A stretch of 64,000 nt of DNA from Octopus vulgaris (lineage: Eukaryota). The stretch covers positions 103,788,001 through 103,852,000 of the forward strand of contig OX597820.1 in the NCBI GenBank assembly GCA_951406725.2. Reading direction: 5' to 3'. Numbering within the stretch: the stretch's first letter is position 1; each line of letters begins with the position of its first letter. Shown here one piece after another: positions 55,321-64,000 of the stretch. The notes below the pieces were generated by a model that was given only the letters and a program-made list of their open reading frames with translations, made no database searches and was not told the DNA's origin. Both the position numbers and the translations under genes were made by a program.

Positions 55321-56476
55321 ACAATCATGTTTCTAGAGTACATGTACTCTAGAATAACCATCATTGTGCTACCTAAGATGTCGGTTAAAGTCACTAGTCA
55401 AAATAATGGCGAGTGCTTAAGAGACCACAGACAAGTGTTAATGGAACCAAGAGGAGCAGACTGTACGAGAGACACAAATTCTAAAAAAATTTAAAGAACC
55501 TAACTGCCACAACTCCAAAAATGAAACTCTTACATGGACAGATACATACTAGCTAACTGGGAAGCCCAACCTGAAACCATTAACGACCATCAAGAACCAT
55601 CACACTGTGAAATGTGTTTGATCATATGTTCCATTCTTCTTTCTTTCTTCTTTTCTTCTTTCTGCCCTTTTTTTCTCCCCTAAACACATCCATCCCCTTT
55701 CTTATATTTTTTTCTTTCCTTCTATCATCAATTTTATTTTTCCTACTGTATTTTGTCTTTTCAAATTACACTTTTTCCATACTTTACTTTCAATAAATCA
55801 TGTTTATGATTTCAAGCTAAGATACCTTCACTTACAGACTATCTCTGCCTTCACATTGACTATTAATGTATGTACATAATCTGAACTTTGTGGCCATCAA
55901 ATTTTTTACAACTATTTTAGTCTCCCACCCAACCAGGATTCTTATTGTCTCATGTGCTGCAAAGTCATCTAACTAGTGCTGGTGGCATCCAAAAAACACC
56001 CAGTGCCTGTTGTAAAAAGGTTGGCATTAGTAAGGGTATCCTACATTTTGATCTTAGTCAAAAGGCTTAGAAGTGATCTAGCTATAGAAATCATGCCAAA
56101 GCAGACACAGCATCCTGTCAAACATTGCATCTTGTCAAACTGCAGACATTGCATCCCCTCAAACCATCTAACCCATGCCAGCATGGAATATGGATGTTAA
56201 ATGATGATGACAATGATTTTAGAGAAGGGTTTTGTTTTTTTGTTTGCTTTATTTTTTTTAACAATTTCTCAATTTTAATTTTTTGTTTCATAGTTTCGTT
56301 CAAGCCTTTTGATTATACTGCTTCTCAGTCAGAGCTAATCTGAGCTAAACAACAATACCTACATGAAAATTTAATGCAGTTTTTCTTTTCACCATTTTTT
56401 TAATGGTCTTAACTTTGTGCTTAGTTTCCTTTTGGGAGAATTCATTTTTATTGTTTTTCTTGATGTTTCTTATCAG

Positions 56477-56622
56477 ATCAGTATTGGAAAAATCCTCAAA
56501 TTTTGGCAGTTTTGTCCCAGAAAGATAAAGACAGTGATAAATGCACAATGATAGTATCTTTGATGGAAGAAGAAAAACATGGCAAAGGAAATAAAATTGC
56601 TATCAATTTTGATGTGTATAAG
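56477..56622 (+). CDS. Calpain exon J (domain III): QYWKNPQILAVLSQKDKDSDKCTMIVSLMEEEKHGKGNKIAINFDVYK
   Basis: W.NPQ, C..IVSLM and I.F.VY motifs; atcag/gtatga boundaries; phase 1-0. Confidence 0.92.
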
Positions 56623-57779
56623 GTATGATTGTTTTGTGTTGCTTCATTTTCAGTATTTATGTACCTTATAGTCTCATTCGTGTTTATGTACTTCATATAA
56701 AAATTATGAAGTTAAGGAAAATGTATTCTTATTTATTTTTTTATCTCATTTGTCATTAGACTATGGCCATGCTTGAGCATCACTTTGAAGAATCTTACAC
56801 ACACAATGTGCGTCTTTCAGTTTCTATTTACCAAATCCACTGACAAGGCATTGGTCAGCCCTTTGGCTATAGTAGAAACACTTGCCCGAGGTGTCACACA
56901 GTGGGACTGAACCCAGGACCATGTGGTTGAGAAGCTAGCTTCTTACCACATGGCTATGCCTATATGAAGAGGTTCTCTGCCACCAAAAGCAACATACCAG
57001 TTAGGGTCCTTTGAATTACAAGTACTACTCATTTTTGAATGGACTGGGGCAACATAAAATAAAGTGTCTTGCTCCTGAACTTTAGGTCTCACCGAGGAAA
57101 TGACCAGAGACCGAGACCTTTGGAAGTATGCTGTGCGTGGGAAGACCCAGCAGGACAAGTGAGACCATAACCCGTGGTCTCTACCTGGAATGTAGCCAGA
57201 TAACTTATGCATACCTTTCCTTCTTGTGACACAAAACTCTACTTGCAAAGACCTGTTGAGGCAAGTGAAAATCGAAATCGTTCAACATCAATGGAAATTG
57301 TAGCTGTGATACCAGTGCCGGTGGCACGTAAGAGAACCATCTGAACGTGGCCGTTGCTAGCGCCGCCCTGACTGGCCTCCATGCCGGTGGCACGTAAAAA
57401 GCACCATCCAATCGTGGCCATTGCCAACCTCGTCTGGCACCTGTGCAGGTGACACGTAAAAAGTACCCACTACACTCACGGAGTAGTTGGTGTTAGGAAG
57501 GGCATCCAGCTGTAGAAACACTGCCAGATCAGACTGGGCCTGGCGCAGCCTTCTGGCTTCCCAGACCCCAGTTGAACCGTCCAACCCATGCTAGCATGGA
57601 AAGCAGACGTTAAACGATGATGATAATGATGATGATATATATATAATCCTAAACATTTGTCACAATCTTACATTTTGTATTAGGCTATACACATAAATGT
57701 AATGAGTATACTTCAATCACACATTTTGCACCAATTTATTTTTGCTTTAATAAATATATTTTCATTCTACTTTTCCCAG

Positions 57780-57997
57780 CTGCATTATCCAGTCAATGCA
57801 AAACTTACTCGGAACAATATTCGCAAACAAGCCACAAAGCAGCAGAGGTCAGAGGATGTATACAGATTTGACAGAGAAGTAACCTATCATTACCAGCTCC
57901 CTATTGGTTACTATGTTATCATTCCAAGTACATATAACCCAGGTGAAGAGGCCAAATTCTTGCTCAGAATCTTTACCAAACAGAAGATCAGCAGCAG
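57780..57997 (+). CDS. Calpain exon K (domain III end): LHYPVNAKLTRNN...REVTYHYQLPIGYYVIIPSTYNPGEEAKFLLRIFTKQKISS
   Basis: REV....LP.G.YVIIPST..P.EE..FLLRIF motif; cccag/gtaaat boundaries; phase 0-2. Confidence 0.95.
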
Positions 57998-58240
57998 GTA
58001 AATCTTCATACCTTAAGTTGTGTGTCCTATCATTTATCTTTGTCACTGGAATTTAGTCATGCTAGGAGCCCACCTTGAAGTATTTAGTCAAACAGATTGA
58101 TTCTAGTAGTGCTAATTCTATTGGTCACTTTTTACCAAAAACCATTAAAGGTAAAAAAGAACCAATAGAACAAGTACCAGGCTTTAAATATTGGGAGTAA
58201 TTTGTTTGACTAAATGCTTGAAGATGGAGCTCTCTCATGT

Positions 58241-58304
<64 letters not shown>

Positions 58305-58335
58305 GCTTTCCCAAATAACTTGCACTTCATTTCAG

Positions 58336-58418
58336 TAGCTCTGAGGAAGCTATAAGGGTATGCACATGCACTCAGCAGTGAGTGCACTGCATCTTATACC
58401 AGAAACAGCTCTAAACTA
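58336..58418 (+). ncRNA. Hammerhead-like motif, second family, partly mutated
   Basis: tagct CTGAGGA agc-tataag...cttata-cca GAAACAGCTCTA aacta; homologous to 5672-5756. Confidence 0.55.
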
Positions 58419-59726
58419 ATGAAGTTGGTAACATAGTTACTATTCCCTTGTCGTTTATTTAATCTCATATTACACACTGTACTCAACTAACATTTAATAC
58501 TGAAACATATATACATTGAATTCTAACATCAGGTTATTAGTATCATTATGCCAAAGCAAAATCATTATATATATATATATCATAGTTGTGGCAGGTACTG
58601 GTGTCACACAAATGGCACTCATGACAGCGGTACATAGAGGCACCCATTACACTCTGTGTGGTTGGTATTAGGTAGGGCATCTAGCCATAGAAACCATGTC
58701 AAATGAGACTGGAGTCTGGAGTAGCCTCTCAGCTTACCAGCTCTAGTCAAACCATCCAACCCATGCCAACATGGACAACAGACAATAAATGATGATGATG
58801 ATGATGGTATATATATGACGGGTTTCTTTCATTTTCTGCCTACCAAAGCCACTCACAAGGCTTTGGTTAACCCAAGGCTGAAGAAGAAAACACTTGCCTA
58901 AGATGCCCTCTGTGCAACTTAACCTGAAATTGTGTGGTTGGGATGCAGGCTTCTTACCACACAGCCACATGACTAAATGCTTTGTTGTACAAAGCAGCTA
59001 TTAAAGCTAGATACAAACTTTTACAGATTTTATGTAGAGATTAAATACCTGGAAGAATAAAATATAGGCCAACCAGTTCATAAATTTTAACTTAAAAATT
59101 TATATGAAACATTTAGTGCAACCACTTGGTTTCAGGTTCCACTGTAACCCTAGGCCAACGAAACCTTTCAAGTGGATTCAATAAATGGAAACTGAAAGAA
59201 GCCTTTCGTGTGTGTATGTAAATGTGTGTGTGTGCACATGCATGTTTGCATGTATATGTTTATGAGTGTGTGTGTGTTACTGTCTTCTTGCCTTGACACT
59301 GCATAATAGTTGTATCACTGCCATTCAAGTGGTGTCCTTTGTTTTCAATCTTCTATGGAAAACAAGTCCAACCATGGAGAAATAATACCTTACTTGGAAA
59401 AACAGGTGAGTATTGGTGGCAGGAAATGCATCCAGCCATAGAAAAACCTCAACAAATTCTGACCAACCCATGCCAGCAGTGCAAAGTGGATGTAAAACGA
59501 CATTGCTGATAATGATGATAACAGTACACAATTTTACATGCCTAACTGTGGGGAAATAAGTCACAGCTCATCTTTTTTAATGCTATACAAAATGAGACAA
59601 GAACATGTCTTTATAAGCTACTCTGAGCTTTGAGCATAATCAAGATATTGTTTAGTTGTTAATGAACAAGAATTTATATTCAATTCATTTTAATCCTTTG
59701 CTTTTTATTGTTTTTTCTTTCTACAG

Positions 59727-59742
59727 CACAGACATGATAAAT
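59727..59742 (+). CDS. Calpain 16-nt linker microexon: (S)TDMIN
   Basis: Strong pyrimidine tract + ctacag and a gtaagt donor. Phase 2-0 is exactly what is needed to join exon K (phase 2) to exon 61015 (phase 0). Confidence 0.72.
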
Positions 59743-60210
59743 GTAAGTATATCATTGTTTTCTGTGTTATTTTGTATTTTGGTGGTAGTGTCTTGCAGGT
59801 AGTTAGGTGAAATGAATGAACACCATACAGGTGCTTTTACATGACACTGCACAGGCACTTTTACATGTACCACCACAAGTGCCTTTCACGGCCAGAGGGA
59901 CCAAAGGGTAGTCATGTCTATGGAATGCTTTAATGACTTCCACATTAAATCAGGAACAGGTAATTCAGTTGATTGAACACCTGAATGCTCAGACCAAAAT
60001 GTACCTCAGGTGCATAGTTAAATAAATCTTGTTGCAAAATATGGCCTCCTAACTCCAACATGACTCCAACAGCCGAGTTAGCAGCTAGGAAATGGCAGGC
60101 CAGCCCAGCAAACCAACTTGCCTAGAGAGGAAGTAGTCGTACACAGCTGGATGTCTTGTGTAATGTAGTCCTTCATCATCTGGTCTTACACTGACTATAT
60201 TTCTTCTCGT

Positions 60211-60593
60211 GGAGGCACAATGGCCCAGTGGTTAGGGTAGCGGACTCGCGGTCATAGGATCGCGGTTTCGATTCCCAGACCGGGCGTTGTGAGTGTTTAT
60301 TGAGCGAAAACACCTAAAGCTCCACGAGGCTCCGGCAGGGGATGGTGGTGATCCCTGCTGTACTCTTTCACCACAACTTTCTCTCACTCTTACTTCCTGT
60401 TTCTGTTGTACCTGTATTTCAAAGGGCCGGCTTTGTCACTCTCTGTGTCACGCTGAATATCCCCGAGAACTACGTTATGGGTACACGTGTCTGTGAAGTG
60501 CTCAGCCACTTACACGTTAATTTCATGAGTAGGCTGTTCCATTGATTCGGATCAACCGGAACCCTTGTCGTCGTAACCGACGGAGTGCTTCCA
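60211..60593 (+). mobile_element. tRNA-derived SINE family A
   Basis: ggaggcacaatggcccagtggttagg...ggtttcgattcccagaccggg. Confidence 0.85.
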
Positions 60594-61014
60594 CATATTT
60601 CTTCACACTCCACTTCACAACAACTGTAGTACTTCAACGCCCAGCTTCACAACTGACTACCACATTAAATGCATATCAAAAATTAATAAGGAAACTGTGC
60701 AACAGTCATGTGATTAATGATCATTATTTCTCATTAGAATTAATTATTGATGCACTATTCATTTCCTTTTGTAGAACTAGTAGTATTATTTTGAATTATG
60801 CCTATCAGATTATTTCTTCCACTTGCTGCAGGTGATTGCCCACCAAACTATAATAATGTTGTGCAGCTTACTGTCACAGTAGTTAGAACTTTATCCTCTC
60901 CTTCATAACATTCTTTCAATATATCGTGACTTCTTTTAATATTGTCCAGAAAATGTAAATATATAGAATTTCCCTATGTATATCATACTACTTTAAATTC
61001 TTTAATTTTATCAG

Positions 61015-61129
61015 GAGGGTACTGTTGAAGAGCCAGAGTTTGAAGCTATCTACAATGCCCATGCTAATAGTGAGAATATAATGGCTGCCAGAGAAATTAA
61101 ACAATTCCTCACACATATTTTCTTCAGGG
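61015..61129 (+). CDS. Calpain exon (PEF domain, EF1 region): EGTVEEPEFEAIYNAHANSENIMAAREIKQFLTHIFFR
   Basis: atcag/gtatgt boundaries; helix-loop-helix resembling calpain EF1; phase 0-1 fits the next exon. Confidence 0.8.
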
Positions 61130-62992
61130 GTATGTTTTTTTTGTTTGTTTGTTTTTTTCATAATATTGTATTCATCTATTATTCAAGAATCTTCATACAA
61201 ATTCCCAGTTGGCCTAGTTGGAGTCAGCTACAAGTGAAAGTATCAAATTTGTATTCTGTTACTGAGACCTGGTTTAATGAAAGTCAAGACACTTGGCTCA
61301 CAGATTTCCTAATGCACCTTGCTGTAACTGGGTGCCATTTAAGTAGTGTGTAATTCAAATCCTAAGATTAAGGGAGCTAGTTGTCCAGTTTCCAAGATGT
61401 ATGACTGAGATCACAACATTCTTCCTGAACAGAACACCAGTCCATTGCAAGTTAGTCATTTATGACTGAGTGGGCTGGAGCATTGAGAAATGAAGTGTTT
61501 TACTCAAGAGCACTATGCACTGCCTGGTCCAAAAATCAAAACCATGATCTTGTAATCGTGAGTGCAACACCCTTACTACTAGGCTACATCTGTATCACTA
61601 GATAAAGAACATGAGAATGAAATTTTCTGTAATCCTTTAACAACTATTTCAATTCAACTTTTTGAAGTATTTTTCTCAATGTTGCTGACACGATAACAGG
61701 TATCCTTACTTTTAATTTACAACTGAGGAGTTTGTAATAAACTAGGTATCAATATGTTACTACAAAATGTATACTTAGATAAGCAATATGCAATTCTAAT
61801 ATATGCAAAATTTGCCAAAAATTAATGGTATAATGAAAATAAAACAGAAAAAGTCCAAATTTTTAAGTTGATCTGTTCATACATTGAGTTGGCACTGACA
61901 ACTACAGCTAAGTTCCCAACAAATCAAGTTTATGTCCCTGATTCAAAATCCATTTTACTTTATTGACTTCTTATACGTAAACTGTCAGGTCATAGTCTCA
62001 AAAATAAGGATGGACTATGTGAATTTGGTTTACCTTTAGAGTACCATTTAGAAAAGGAAGATTTTCAGTGATAATTCATCATTGTCATTGTTTTAACATC
62101 CAGTATTCCATGTTTGAATGGTTTGGCTGGGATTTGTTAAGGTGGATCTTGTTCAGCTAGATGTCCTTCTTATTACCAACACTCACTCACTTCCAAATAA
62201 GGTAATATTCCCCATTGCCAAAATATGTTTTCCACAAAAGATTGGAAATGGAAGATACTACTTACACTCACAATCATTTCGTGATGTCAAGGGAAGGAGA
62301 ATATACACTAAAAGCTTCTGATAGTTTCTGTCAACCAAATCCATTTACATGGCTTTGGTCAGCTTAAAACTGCCAGAGAACTGATCCTGAGATCATGTGG
62401 TTGGGAAGCAAACTTCTTACTACATAACCATACCCATGCCAGGAGTGGCTGTGTGGTAAGTAGCTTGTTAACCAACCACATGGTTCCAGGTTCAGTCCCA
62501 CTGCGTGACATCTTGGGCAAGTGTCTTCTGCTATAGCCCCGGGCCGACCAATGCCTTGTGAGTGGATTTGGTAGACGGAAACTGAAAGAAGCCTGTCGTA
62601 TATAAGTATATATATCTGTGTGTGTTTGTGTGTCTGTGTTTGTCCCCCTACATTGCTTGACAACCGATGCTGGTGTGTTTACGTCTCCGTCACTTAGCAG
62701 TTCGGCAAAAGAGACCGATAGAATAAGTACTGGGCTTCCAAAGAATAAGTCCTGGGGTTGATTTGCTCGACTAAAGGCGGTGCTCCAGCATGGCCACATT
62801 CAAATGACTGAAACAAATAAAAAGAGAGAGAGAAAAAGAGAGAGTATGCCAACCTATCAAAAATATCAGAATATCTCTTGTTTTCACTAAGAAATTCTAG
62901 CAGAATCTCATTTTTTATAATAAACCAGAAATATAAATGTTACAGCAAAAGCATAATTTTATTAAAGTATTTTTGTTTTGTTTCTTCTTCAG

Positions 62993-63054
62993 AATACAAG
63001 CAGAGAATATCCTTTAATTTGGAAACCTCTCGAAATCTGTTAATGCTGTTTGAT
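62993..63054 (+). CDS. Calpain exon (PEF domain, EF2 entry helix): (E)YKQRISFNLETSRNLLMLFD
   Basis: F.LET.R.L....D matches the calpain FSLETCRSMVxxMD motif; long pyrimidine tract + cag; ends at a GTATCCTTT donor. Confidence 0.88.
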
Positions 63055-63063
63055 GTATCCTTT
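63055..63063 (+). promoter_or_regulatory. U12 (minor spliceosome) 5' splice site GTATCCTTT
   Basis: Exact RTATCCTTT consensus directly after the Asp codon at a phase-0 boundary. Confidence 0.85.
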
Positions 63064-63350
63064 TAAAAAAATAGTCAATTTTTGTTATATTTTACTTATT
63101 GTTAATTTTGAGAAGAGTCATAATTTAATCATACAACCATATGACAAAACCATATATATATATATATATTGATGTAAACCTATTATTTACGTTTTTATTA
63201 TTTTTGCAATTTACTTAATCCTTACTTTTTATTGTTATTTAAATTTTAACCTTTCTATTATATGTAATTTTCTAGATGGTGTAATTTAATTGTTCATTTT
63301 GAATTGATAAAAGGTGGTTTTTTAAAAATTTTATATATATATATATATAT

Positions 63351-63415
<65 letters not shown>

Positions 63416-63418
<3 letters not shown>

Positions 63419-64000
63419 TTATATATAGAGGGCATTATACATACATGCCAGAGGGCATTATACATACATGCCACACGTAGTCATTTCTACCAAAAATATT
63501 ACTAATCCCACCGAATGCAATTTTTCAAAGTAAGACATTTAAAAAATATAGACCTGTATCACAGTGATTTCATACTTACGTATTCATCAGCAGGCCTGAA
63601 TGTATCATACATAAACAAACGACCCTGCCCCGCTTAAGTCGATCAGCTAACTGATCAACATCAACGAAGCACATGGGTGAGTTTACATATATTACATCCT
63701 GTAAATGGCATACTTTTACGAATTGCATTTCGGGAAAGGAAAAGTTTTTTCGGAATAAAAATTTAGCAATTAAGGACAACTACTTAATAAGGAAAACTTA
63801 ACAAGAAATTGTCAGGTAGATAGCGTGAAAACCTCATAAGAGAATAAATTTCGAAAATAATTATTTCTTATTGAACATATTAATTTATATATAGAGGGCA
63901 TTATACATACATGCCAGAGGGCATTATACATACATGCCACACGCTAAGAGGGACAATTAGTCATTTCTACCAAAAATATTACTAATCCCACCGAATGCAA
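63416..64000 (-). mobile_element. Tandem ~466-480 bp unit carrying a hammerhead (retrozyme-like or PLE terminal repeat), next to (TA)n
   Basis: 63416-63520 is repeated at 63882-64000, where the second copy has a 14-nt extra segment. The hammerhead sits inside the unit. Confidence 0.65.
63551..63596 (-). ncRNA. Type I hammerhead ribozyme, intact core
   Basis: Minus strand reads ggccug CUGAUGA auac-guaa-guau GAAA uca-cug-uga UA cagguc. All three stems form; cleavage predicted after AUA, between 63557 and 63556. Confidence 0.88.

Noticed and set aside
61700-61709. Second GTATCCTT motif
   Set aside because: No calpain-like exon precedes it.
63217-63290. Possible U12 branch point and acceptor (tccttac...ctag)
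   Set aside because: The following sequence reads ATG GTG TAA in the required frame and lacks the EF2 loop.

Overview
AT-rich, repeat-dense animal genomic DNA. The SINE families and (TA)n/(CA)n load suggest a coleoid cephalopod such as Octopus (inference). The only host gene I can support is a calpain on the + strand. I assembled 14 phase-consistent exons (16810-63054) encoding the CysPc protease core with an intact Cys/His/Asn triad, the C2-like domain III, a 16-nt linker microexon and the start of a penta-EF-hand domain. Its first and last exons were not found and probably lie outside the window, and the last visible intron starts with a U12-type donor (GTATCCTTT). The introns hold tRNA-derived SINEs, CR1/L2 and RTE LINE pieces, Penelope-like element (PLE) remnants, a decayed hAT/Buster transposase, a foldback mariner, MITEs, a Helitron, minisatellites and several hairpins. 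The most striking unannotated signal is about ten type I hammerhead ribozyme motifs from several distinct families. Three have intact catalytic cores: 51097-51188 (+), 53722-53804 (-) and 63551-63596 (-). The last lies in a ~470-480 bp tandem unit resembling a non-LTR retrozyme or PLE terminal repeat. Most long ORFs in the supplied track are microsatellite artefacts. Repeat boundaries are approximate; all calls were made by eye.
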